A DNA stretch of 64,000 nucleotides, from the NCBI GenBank assembly GCA_900550255.1, contig URQZ01000004.1:9481-73480 (forward strand), read 5' to 3'. This DNA comes from an uncultured Mycoplasmatota bacterium (GTDB lineage: Bacteria; Bacillota_I; Bacilli_A; RF39; UBA660). A model generated the notes under the pieces. It had not been told where the DNA came from. It saw only the letters and a program-made list of their open reading frames with translations, and did no database searches. The position numbers were made by a program, and so were the translations under genes. Below, in pieces: positions 47,326-55,664 of this stretch (position 1 is the first letter of the stretch; each line of letters opens with the position of its first letter).

Positions 47326-47353
47326 ACATTTAAAAATATTTGTTCATATAATA
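47326..47353 (+). promoter_or_regulatory. candidate sigma-K-type sporulation promoter for dpaAB
   Basis: The -35 is 'AC' (47326..47327), the spacer is 17 nt, and the -10 is 'CATATAATA' (47345..47353), which matches the CATAnnnTA consensus. The start codon lies 26 nt downstream. Confidence 0.5.
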
Positions 47354-47378
47354 GAAGTATGAGTCTTGGGGGTAATAT

Positions 47379-48230
47379 ATGAATACATTAATTCTTGGTG
47401 GAGATAAGAGATATTATGAAATTATTGAAGCTTTTAAAAATAAAAAATACAATATTGATTTAGTTGGTTATAAAAACAAAATAGATAAAACAAACAACTT
47501 AAATATAAGTGATGTTGATGTCTCAAAATATGACATCATTTTATTTCCTGTTAACGCAATAGGAGAAGATTATACTATTAATGGTGAAATAAATTTTAAA
47601 ATTAATCCTGATTTTTTAAAACAAGCAAAAGATAATGTTTTAATTTTTTCAGGTATTAAAACACCTAAATTAGATGAAATTTTAAAAAATGGAGAAAAAA
47701 AGGCTTTCTTTCTTATGAAAGATAAAGAGGTTATTAAAGACAATGTTATTCCTACTGTTGAAGGAATTCTTGCTGATATCATTACTAATACTGACATAAC
47801 AATTAAAAATGCTAACATTTTAGTTATTGGCTATGGAAATATTGGAAAATACTTAGTTGAAACTTTAAATCATTTGAAAGCAAATACAATTGTTAGTATA
47901 AAAGAAGATTATGATAAATATCTTTTAGATCAAAAAAATATTTATAATATTTTTTCTAATGATATTCAAAAAATGAATAAGGTTTTAGAAAAAACAGATA
48001 TTATTATCAATACAGTTCCTTCCCTAGTTTTGGATAAGAACTATATTGATAATATTAATAATAATGCTTATATATTAGATGTATCATCACGACCTCATGG
48101 TATTGATAAAGAGGCACTAATAAAAAAAGATATCAATTTCAAAATATATCTTGGTATTCCATCAAAAATTGCTCCTAAAACATCAGGATTAATTTTATCT
48201 AAGAAAATTAATCATATAATAGGAGGTTAA
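47379..48230 (+). CDS. dpaA: dipicolinate synthase subunit A
   Basis: The blocks 'IPTVEGILA', 'INTVPS', 'LDVSSRPHG' and 'GIPSKIAPKTSGLIL' closely match SpoVFA. There is a Rossmann 'GYGNIGK' motif. Confidence 0.9.
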   Translation: MNTLILGGDKRYYEIIEAFKNKKYNIDLVGYKNKIDKTNNLNISDVDVSKYDIILFPVNAIGEDYTINGEINFKINPDFLKQAKDNVLIFSGIKTPKLDEILKNGEKKAFFLMKDKEVIKDNVIPTVEGILADIITNTDITIKNANILVIGYGNIGKYLVETLNHLKANTIVSIKEDYDKYLLDQKNIYNIFSNDIQKMNKVLEKTDIIINTVPSLVLDKNYIDNINNNAYILDVSSRPHGIDKEALIKKDINFKIYLGIPSKIAPKTSGLILSKKINHIIGG

Positions 48231-48231
48231 A

Positions 48232-48816
48232 ATGGCAAAAATAGGATTTGCAATCACTTCTTCTTTTTGTACAGTTTCTAAAATTATAGAACAAATGATT
48301 AATTTAAAAGATTTAGGATATGACATAATTCCAATTGTATCACCAGCTGTTATAGAAAAAGATACACGTTTTGGAAAAGGAGAAAATTTTAAAATTATGA
48401 TTGAAGAAATAACAGGAAATAAAATTGTTTCTGATATTATTGAGGCTGAAAAGTTTGGACCTAAAGAAAAACTTGATTTGTTAGTTATTGCACCTGCAAC
48501 TGGTAATTTTATTGCCAAACTTGCAAATGGAATTACTGATTCAACTGTAACCATGGCTACAAAAGCTTCACTTAGAAATAATATTCCTATCGTAATTGGT
48601 GTTTCAACTAATGACGGTCTTGGAATGAATGGAAAAAATATTATGAATTTAATCAATACTAAAAATATTTATTTTATTCCTTTTGGGCAAGATGATTTTA
48701 TCAACAAACCTAACTCATTAGTTGCTCATTACGATTTACTTATTCCAACTATTGAAAAAGCTTTAGATAATAGTCAAATTCAACCAGTTATTAAAGAATA
48801 TAAAAAAACCAAATAA
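48232..48816 (+). CDS. dpaB: dipicolinate synthase subunit B (flavoprotein)
   Basis: The blocks 'KIGFAITSSFCT', 'LVIAPATGNFIAKLANGITDS', 'VSTNDGLGMNGKNIMNL' and 'IYFIPFGQDD' match SpoVFB nearly residue for residue. The start lies 1 nt after the dpaA stop. Confidence 0.95.
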   Translation: MAKIGFAITSSFCTVSKIIEQMINLKDLGYDIIPIVSPAVIEKDTRFGKGENFKIMIEEITGNKIVSDIIEAEKFGPKEKLDLLVIAPATGNFIAKLANGITDSTVTMATKASLRNNIPIVIGVSTNDGLGMNGKNIMNLINTKNIYFIPFGQDDFINKPNSLVAHYDLLIPTIEKALDNSQIQPVIKEYKKTK

Positions 48817-48830
48817 TTGGTTTTTTTTGT
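48800..48830. terminator. bidirectional terminator after dpaB and the 48839 gene
   Basis: The hairpin 'aaaaaaaccaaataattggtttttttt' is flanked by A-runs and T-runs. Confidence 0.6.
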
Positions 48831-48838
48831 CAATATTT

Positions 48839-49858
48839 TTAAATAATTATTCCATCTATATCATCAGTTATAACAAAATTAAAAACATCATTAACTTTTT
48901 TTATTTTATTTTTACTAATTAAATAAATTTCTGTACTAAGATTTTCCTCATTTATAACATCACCTAATATTGTTCCTATTTTTACTGTTTTCATCTCAAT
49001 TTTAGAATTATTTATAATGGTGGTGATAATTTTATTAGTTTGAAACTTATTAAACTTTAATCCTGTGTATAACTTATAAATAGTATCTAAATTGTGATAA
49101 ATTATTTCTTTTTCCTGTGGATAATTTTTATGTTTTATCCTTTTTATTAACTTTTTTTCAAAGTTTTTTCTAGGTAATTTGTTTATTTCTATTATTTTAA
49201 TCTCAGGGTACGTACCTATAAATCGATTTAGAAGCTTTTTTATTTCTTTGTTTTTTTTAGGAATTATTAGATAACTTTCTTTCATTTTATTGGCTTGCAT
49301 AATAGCATCTATTGTTTCTAATATTTCACTTAGATATTTTTTTAAAATAAAGACACCATTATATATGTATCTTCTATAATCTAGAACATTAACAAGCATT
49401 ACTTTTGGAAAAACGTCTTCATATTTACATACGAGTGGAATTTCATTTTCAGTATAAGTAATATTTTTTAATATTTCTAAGAATTCATTTTTAGAATATT
49501 TTCCAATATCATTACATGTATCTTTATCTATCAATTTATTTTCTTTATAATCATTTTCAATTTCAATACATTTTATTTTTTGATTAAAAAAAGTTTCTTT
49601 TTCAACAAAATTAGTCACTATTCCACTTACACTTGAATAAATATAGGTTTTATATTTACCTTTTGTTTTTCCAATTACCATTCCTTTTAAAACATAATCA
49701 CCTTTTTTTACTAATAAGGTTATATCTTTATCACTATTAATACTCAAAGGAATATAAATATACTTACTACATACAGCTAACAAACGACTATCAGATATAT
49801 CATTATATCCTAATAATTTTGAAGTCATAAGCTCACCTATCCTACTTAAATTATACAC
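48839..49858 (-). CDS. hypothetical protein with a possible barrel-sandwich hybrid (biotin/lipoyl-like) segment
   Basis: The segment 'LLVKKGDYVLKGMVIGK' resembles the hybrid motif. I recognise no other signatures. Confidence 0.35.
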   Translation of the reverse strand: MYNLSRIGELMTSKLLGYNDISDSRLLAVCSKYIYIPLSINSDKDITLLVKKGDYVLKGMVIGKTKGKYKTYIYSSVSGIVTNFVEKETFFNQKIKCIEIENDYKENKLIDKDTCNDIGKYSKNEFLEILKNITYTENEIPLVCKYEDVFPKVMLVNVLDYRRYIYNGVFILKKYLSEILETIDAIMQANKMKESYLIIPKKNKEIKKLLNRFIGTYPEIKIIEINKLPRKNFEKKLIKRIKHKNYPQEKEIIYHNLDTIYKLYTGLKFNKFQTNKIITTIINNSKIEMKTVKIGTILGDVINEENLSTEIYLISKNKIKKVNDVFNFVITDDIDGIII

Positions 49859-49906
49859 TATATCTAAAGAAAAAAAAAGCTCCGATACCGTAGTACCAAA
49901 AGCTTT

Positions 49907-51169
49907 TTATTTAATCATAAAATTCACGCCTTTTCTTTCATTTTTAACACTTATTTTATAACCACACAAATCAACTGATTTTTTGATAATAGATAATCCT
50001 AGTCCAAATTGGCCTTTGATACCTTTTTTGTAGGGAGTAAAGATTTGATCAAAGATTTTATCATCGATAGGATCTCCATCATTATAAAAATTAATTGTGT
50101 TGTTTTTTATAGTGATTTTTATATTTTTATTTGCATATCTAATAAAATTATTGAAGAAGTTATCAACAATTGTTTCCCATATATCTTTTGTTCCATTATA
50201 AATCGTATTTTTATCTTTAACAATTAATTTCCAATTTAAATCGGAACGATGAAATTTAAATTTTTCCATCGATGATTTTATAATAGGAACTATGTCTATT
50301 TTTTCTGTTGATAAATCATCCATTTCTTTTAAGTAGTCTAATTTATTTAAGTATAGTAGGGAGTGTACTTTTAATTCTAAGTTTTCTAATTGTTCTTTTA
50401 TTACTTTTTTTGTTTGTTCAGAATCAATCATATTATCATCGAACGCTTCTAAATATGATTTCATTACTGTAATAGGAGTTTTAAAATCGTGAGAAATGTT
50501 TTGATACATTTGGTTTTTGTATTCTTCCTCTTTTATTAGATTTAAATGCATATTATCAATAGCATCTGATAGAATTTTTAATTCATCATCAAAGTGATAT
50601 TGATATTTTGTTTCATAATCATCACTATCTATATTATCGATTTTCTTTTTTAAGTATTCTATTTTCATTACTAATCTTCTTGACCATGCTATAAGTAATC
50701 CTGAAATAATTATTAATGTTATAAATAAAACAGGAATTATTTTAGATAGAATGTCTTCTCTTATTTCATGGACATAGTTATCGTTAGTAATTGAAATCTT
50801 TAATTCATACTCATCATATGAAGTGTAGTAATAGTATTTAGTTCCTTTATAAATAAAATTACCATATGGCTTATTTATTCTTTTTAGTAGTTTTTTAGGA
50901 GTAGTATTGATTATTTCTAAAAAGTTTTTAGAAATTCTAGTAGAATTATCTGTAATATATATATAAGCTATATTGTTTTCAATTTTATTTTCTAAAGTAT
51001 CATCATTTATAAATGATAGGGGTTGTTTTAGGTATTCATATATATTTTTTTCATATATAGGAAATAGTAATTTAGGTAGTAGAAAATACAAGCTTGTTAG
51101 TATAATTAAGAATATTACTAATACTATTGATAGTAATTGTTTATCTAGATCTTTTTTAAATATTCTCAT
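49907..51169 (-). CDS. sensor histidine kinase (two TM helices, HisKA and HATPase domains)
   Basis: The H-box is 'ISHDFKTPIT'. The N-box is 'DNFFNNFIRY' and the G-boxes are 'DGDPID' and 'GLGLSI'. Confidence 0.85.
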   Translation of the reverse strand: MRIFKKDLDKQLLSIVLVIFLIILTSLYFLLPKLLFPIYEKNIYEYLKQPLSFINDDTLENKIENNIAYIYITDNSTRISKNFLEIINTTPKKLLKRINKPYGNFIYKGTKYYYYTSYDEYELKISITNDNYVHEIREDILSKIIPVLFITLIIISGLLIAWSRRLVMKIEYLKKKIDNIDSDDYETKYQYHFDDELKILSDAIDNMHLNLIKEEEYKNQMYQNISHDFKTPITVMKSYLEAFDDNMIDSEQTKKVIKEQLENLELKVHSLLYLNKLDYLKEMDDLSTEKIDIVPIIKSSMEKFKFHRSDLNWKLIVKDKNTIYNGTKDIWETIVDNFFNNFIRYANKNIKITIKNNTINFYNDGDPIDDKIFDQIFTPYKKGIKGQFGLGLSIIKKSVDLCGYKISVKNERKGVNFMIK

Positions 51170-51825
51170 GTTAATCTATATCCAAATCCATAAATTGTAT
51201 TTATACTTAACTTTGGCATTTTTCGTCTTAATCTTCTAACTAAGTCATCCACTACTCGATCACTTCCAAAGTAATCATCACCCCATACTATTTTTAATAT
51301 GTCTTCACGACTAAATGATTTATTTTTATTATCTAAAAACATAATTAACAAATCATATTCTAAGGTAGTTAAATTTATTATTTTTTCATTTTCATATACT
51401 AGTCGTTTATTTTTGTCAATTATATACGTTTCATATACAAATTTGTTTTCTGTTTTAGAATAAACTCTTTTTATGATATTGTTGACTCTTAGGACTAATT
51501 CTTTTGGAGAGTATGGTTTTGTGATGTAGTCATCACTTCCTAATTCTAGTCCTATTATCTTATCTAAATCTTGATCGCGAGCTGATGTAAATATAACAGG
51601 AACATTTACATTTGTTTTACGAACTTCTTTTATAATATCATAACCACTTACTGAATCGCCTAACATTATATCCAAAATCCAAAGTTTTATTTCTGTATCT
51701 TGAATTTTATCTATGGCATCACGCCCATTATAACAGCTTATAACTTCATACCCTTCTTTCTCTAAATATGATTTTATTAGGCTATTTAAGTTTTTTTCAT
51801 CTTCAACTAAACAAACTTTATACAT
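51166..51825 (-). CDS. OmpR-family response regulator
   Basis: The receiver domain has 'LDIMLGD' with the phospho-Asp. The C-terminal winged helix ends in 'YGFGYRL'. It overlaps the histidine kinase gene by 4 nt. Confidence 0.9.
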   Translation of the reverse strand: MYKVCLVEDEKNLNSLIKSYLEKEGYEVISCYNGRDAIDKIQDTEIKLWILDIMLGDSVSGYDIIKEVRKTNVNVPVIFTSARDQDLDKIIGLELGSDDYITKPYSPKELVLRVNNIIKRVYSKTENKFVYETYIIDKNKRLVYENEKIINLTTLEYDLLIMFLDNKNKSFSREDILKIVWGDDYFGSDRVVDDLVRRLRRKMPKLSINTIYGFGYRLT

Positions 51826-52000
51826 AATAACACCTCATATAATATTATAACATAATAATTAATCTTTGTTCGGAGTGTTTACTATTTGTTTTACCACCTC
51901 CATTTCTATTACGATTTCATTATACAAAGTAAATGTGTATATAATTTGATAAAATTATGGGAAATTGTGGAAAAGAAAAACCTTAATAGAAATTAAGGTC

Positions 52001-52534
52001 TTAATTATATCTTTTTAAATAATAGTTATTTCTTTTTTCTTCTGCTAAAGTGGAAAAATCACCATGTCCTGGATAAATTTTAATCGTATCAGGATAATTA
52101 CTAATCTTTATTAAACTTTGTTCCATTTCTTTAGAAGATCCTGTTTCCAAATCAGTTCTACCAATTGTTCCTTTAAATAAAAAGTCACCAGTAAACATAA
52201 AATTATATTCATAAAAATAAATACTGATGGAATCACTCTTATGACCTGGTGTATATATTATTTCAAATTTATATCCATCAATATCATATCTTTTTTCTTC
52301 TAAATTATTTCTATCATAAACTTTAGCGTTATAATTTTTAGAAAGCTCATCTAAAGCTCCTACATGATCAAAATGATGATGTGTTACTAATATAAATTTA
52401 ACTTCGTTCGTTCCTATTTCCTTTACAATTTTATCATAATCATCACCAGGGTCTACAACAACACAACCATTACCATTTGTTAATATATAACAATTAGTTT
52501 CAAGCTCTCCAACTTTAATATTTCTTATTTGCAT
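52001..52534 (-). CDS. MBL-fold metallo-hydrolase (small, single domain)
   Basis: The motif 'THHHFDHVGA' is the HxHxDH zinc-binding signature. Confidence 0.75.
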   Translation of the reverse strand: MQIRNIKVGELETNCYILTNGNGCVVVDPGDDYDKIVKEIGTNEVKFILVTHHHFDHVGALDELSKNYNAKVYDRNNLEEKRYDIDGYKFEIIYTPGHKSDSISIYFYEYNFMFTGDFLFKGTIGRTDLETGSSKEMEQSLIKISNYPDTIKIYPGHGDFSTLAEEKRNNYYLKRYN

Positions 52535-53172
52535 TTTTCACCCTCCAATATTTCTCTAACAGGTCCATAAGTTTTTCTATACCCATCAATTAGTCCATAT
52601 TTATGAATTGCTTCTAAATGTTTTTTTGTAGGATATCCTTTATGTGAGGCATATCCATATTGTGGATACTTTTTATCAAGTTCATACATCATACTATCAC
52701 GAGTCACCTTAGCAAGTACACTTGCAGCCGCAATACTTATACTTTTAGAATCACCTTTTATAATAGAAGTTGTGGGAATATCTAAATCAAGTGGCATAGC
52801 ATCAATTAATACATGCTCTAAATCTATTTGCTCTTCTACTTTTGATATAGCTTGTTTCATTGCAATTTTAGTTGCTTGATAAATATTTACTTCATCAATT
52901 ATTTCAGGTTCAACTATACCTATTCCATAGCAAATACAGTTATCTTTTATATAATCAAAAAAAACATTTCTTTTTTTTTCACTTAATTTTTTAGAATCTG
53001 TAAGTCCTTCTAAAACAAAATTTTTAGGAAGTACACAACAAGCAGCTACTACAGGTCCTACTAATGGACCTCTTCCAACTTCATCAACACCACCAATATA
53101 ATTAATACCTTGTTTATATAATTTATTTTCATATTCCCATAAATCCATATTATCACCATATAAATTATACAC
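52525..53172 (-). CDS. rnhB: ribonuclease HII
   Basis: The block 'GGVDEVGRGPLVGPVV' carries the DEVGRG catalytic motif. The C-terminal conserved region is present. Confidence 0.9.
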   Translation of the reverse strand: MYNLYGDNMDLWEYENKLYKQGINYIGGVDEVGRGPLVGPVVAACCVLPKNFVLEGLTDSKKLSEKKRNVFFDYIKDNCICYGIGIVEPEIIDEVNIYQATKIAMKQAISKVEEQIDLEHVLIDAMPLDLDIPTTSIIKGDSKSISIAAASVLAKVTRDSMMYELDKKYPQYGYASHKGYPTKKHLEAIHKYGLIDGYRKTYGPVREILEGEKCK

Positions 53173-53219
53173 TAATTATTCTCTTTTGCATATACTTAAT
53201 ATAGATAGGAGAGTGTGTC

Positions 53220-53528
53220 ATGAAAAAAGATAGAAACTGTGGAGCAAATCCATACCCAATATATCCTGCTTACCCAGGAATGAATATGTTACCAGGAATA
53301 CCTGGTATGCCAAATCCTAATATGGGAATGTATAATCCTATATCATATGGCGTAAATACTAGCGATAGTTCTGTAAGTACAAATACCATTGAACAACAAT
53401 TAAATAATTTAGAACAACAAATTAATTTATTAGATAAAAGAATTACTAACTTAGAAACTATGTATAACAATAATAATTCTATTTCTTATAATAATAAATA
53501 TAATAGTTCAAATTATCAAATGATGTAA
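53220..53528 (+). CDS. small Pro/Gly/Met/Asn-rich protein with a C-terminal coiled-coil (possible spore surface-layer protein)
   Basis: An AGGAGAG RBS precedes the start. The N-terminus is 'NPYPIYPAYPGMNMLPGIPGMPNPNMGMYNP' and the coiled-coil is 'LNNLEQQINLLDKRITNLE'. A bidirectional terminator follows. Confidence 0.4.
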   Translation: MKKDRNCGANPYPIYPAYPGMNMLPGIPGMPNPNMGMYNPISYGVNTSDSSVSTNTIEQQLNNLEQQINLLDKRITNLETMYNNNNSISYNNKYNSSNYQMM

Positions 53529-53532
53529 TTAT

Positions 53533-53562
53533 AAAAAGGAGCGATTTTAAATTGCTCCTTTT
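53533..53562. terminator. bidirectional terminator between convergent small genes
   Basis: The hairpin is 'aaaaaggagcgattttaaattgctcctttt'. Confidence 0.6.
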
Positions 53563-53965
53563 AATCTTGTAAATATTCTTTTATTTTATCAACTGATATT
53601 CCTGATGCCAAAGCTACTTGATCAATTCCAAAATCATTTACCATTAAAGCGATAATTGATTGTAAAGAATTTACTTTACTCTTATAAGTTAAGATTGTTT
53701 TCCTAAGTACTTGAACCTCAGATTGAAGATTTTCTACTTCTTCTTCCATATTTTTACTTTGTTCTTGATATTTTTTTATTACTTCTTTTGTTTCTCTTTC
53801 TAAATTATTATATTTCATTTTTAAAACATCTAAATTTTTAACTTTATTTTCATACTCTTTTATTTTTTTATTATGAATAAACATATTTTGTTCTAACTCT
53901 TCTAAGATATTATTTCTTTCATCTGATTCTTTCTTAATCATTTCGGTTAAATTGTTGTTATTCAT
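53561..53965 (-). CDS. hypothetical coiled-coil protein
   Basis: The 134-aa protein is largely heptad-repeat coiled-coil. It has a short C-terminal helical segment 'DFGIDQVALASGISVDKIKEY'. Confidence 0.4.
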   Translation of the reverse strand: MNNNNLTEMIKKESDERNNILEELEQNMFIHNKKIKEYENKVKNLDVLKMKYNNLERETKEVIKKYQEQSKNMEEEVENLQSEVQVLRKTILTYKSKVNSLQSIIALMVNDFGIDQVALASGISVDKIKEYLQD

Positions 53966-54044
53966 AATATCATCCCCAATTAATATTCTAACACTATTGT
54001 ACCATATATATTTTTATAATGATACAAAAATCTTATTTATAAAC

Positions 54045-54068
54045 AAAAAAACAGTTAAAAAACTGTTT
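54045..54068 (-). terminator. terminator of the YfcC-like transporter gene
   Basis: The hairpin 'aacagttaaaaaactgtt' plus a T-run lies immediately after the stop codon. Confidence 0.55.
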
Positions 54069-55532
54069 TTAAACTAATATCATAATTGTAATTATTATTA
54101 TAACTGCAATTAAAGCTATAAGTAAATATTTCCAAATATTTTTAAACCATTCTTTGTAAGAAACATCAAAATATTTAAGACCAATTACTAAGATAACACT
54201 TGTTGGTGCGACTAGCATAACAAGTCCATGAACACTTTGAGTTAACATACCTACTAAAGCATAATCTTTAGTTAAAGAATTGATTGGTTCAAGTAAAGAA
54301 TTTACCATATAAGGGAAATCATTGTAAAGAATACTTCCTACAATTGACGCAAATCCAAATGTTAAGACATTAAATTTCTTAGTCATTGATAAGAAGAAAT
54401 TTGCAATTGTTGGGAAAATTGTAGATCCACTATCACCAACATGACTATTGATAATAAAGAATAGAATGTTAGCAATAAATACATAAATAGCAACTGGAAC
54501 CATTTCTTTTACACCATTTACAAAACCTTCAAATGCATCACTTAATTTAATGTTATAAAGCCATTTAATTAATAAGATAGCAATAACAATTAACATGCAG
54601 AATTCAGTATTTGTCCAATATCCCATAGAATCAATATTTCCTAAAATATTGGCAAATAATGGATATCCATTCAATTCAAATTTTGTAATTGTATTATATA
54701 TATTTGTAAATAATTTTACATTTAAAACGCTTTCCCAGTTAAACATTCCAACTAATGTTGCGACTAATGTTATAGCACAAATTACTACTAATGCAGTAGG
54801 GCTTTGTTTTTTATCAACATTTTTTTCATATAAAGGAATAACAATTTCTTCTTTTGTTTCTGATTTAGTTGTTTTTTTAGTTTCTGACTTAGTTGCTTTT
54901 TTAGTTGTTTTTTTCTTTTCTATTTTTGCTGTTTTAACAACAAAAATAATTAAAGATACAATAACTAATGCAAATAAACCTAATCTAAACCAAATTGAAT
55001 CATTGATTTTATTTTGGAAGAAATAAACAATATATCCGTTTATATTAAATGCATAAGTTGATCCTAAATTACCAACTAAAATAGCTCCTACAGTTGATAA
55101 CATTGCAGTTAATTTATTATAACCTAAAGTTAAAATAACAGCTGCAAAGAATGGAACTAAAATAAATAGTGGTAATACTAATCCTGTTAATGAAGATAAA
55201 ATTCCTAATACTAAAATAGTTATAATTAAGAAGTTTTTCTCTTTACCTTTAAATTTTTTAGCAAGTCCTTCTACAATATTTGAATAAACTCCTGTTTTAT
55301 TAATTACACCATAAAGTCCACCAATTAATAAAACAACTAAAGCACTTGTTATAAAAATTGAAGTTAAGGCTGTTTGGATTGGATATTTAAAAATATCAAG
55401 TAATCCAATTGGATTTGTTGTCTCAGTTGTTACGTTTGTTCCTGAAAATGAACCTGTTGGTATTAACCATGTAAGTACTACAAAAATACCTAATACAATT
55501 CCTATAGCTTTTAATATGTCTTTCTTTTTCAT
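54069..55532 (-). CDS. polytopic membrane transporter, YfcC/DcuC-like (putative amino-acid or C4-dicarboxylate carrier)
   Basis: The protein has more than 10 TM helices. Its start resembles the YfcC family, 'MKKKDILKAIGIVLGIFVVLTWLIPTG'. A hydrophilic loop holds a repetitive KKTTKKATKSETKKTTKSETK insert. Confidence 0.5.
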   Translation of the reverse strand: MKKKDILKAIGIVLGIFVVLTWLIPTGSFSGTNVTTETTNPIGLLDIFKYPIQTALTSIFITSALVVLLIGGLYGVINKTGVYSNIVEGLAKKFKGKEKNFLIITILVLGILSSLTGLVLPLFILVPFFAAVILTLGYNKLTAMLSTVGAILVGNLGSTYAFNINGYIVYFFQNKINDSIWFRLGLFALVIVSLIIFVVKTAKIEKKKTTKKATKSETKKTTKSETKEEIVIPLYEKNVDKKQSPTALVVICAITLVATLVGMFNWESVLNVKLFTNIYNTITKFELNGYPLFANILGNIDSMGYWTNTEFCMLIVIAILLIKWLYNIKLSDAFEGFVNGVKEMVPVAIYVFIANILFFIINSHVGDSGSTIFPTIANFFLSMTKKFNVLTFGFASIVGSILYNDFPYMVNSLLEPINSLTKDYALVGMLTQSVHGLVMLVAPTSVILVIGLKYFDVSYKEWFKNIWKYLLIALIAVIIIITIMILV

Positions 55533-55664
55533 ATTTACCTCCCATATAATTATATCAAAATATATTAATTATATAAAGATTTTTGGTGTTTTTTTCCAAA
55601 TTTCATTATTTTTTCACAATTCTTATTTCAAATACGTTATAATTAAGTTATGGATGTGAGGCTT

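Noticed and set aside
53270-53470. 66-aa minus-strand ORF overlapping the Pro/Gly-rich small gene
   Set aside because: The plus-strand ORF has an RBS, a terminator and a coherent domain structure. The minus ORF is its shadow.
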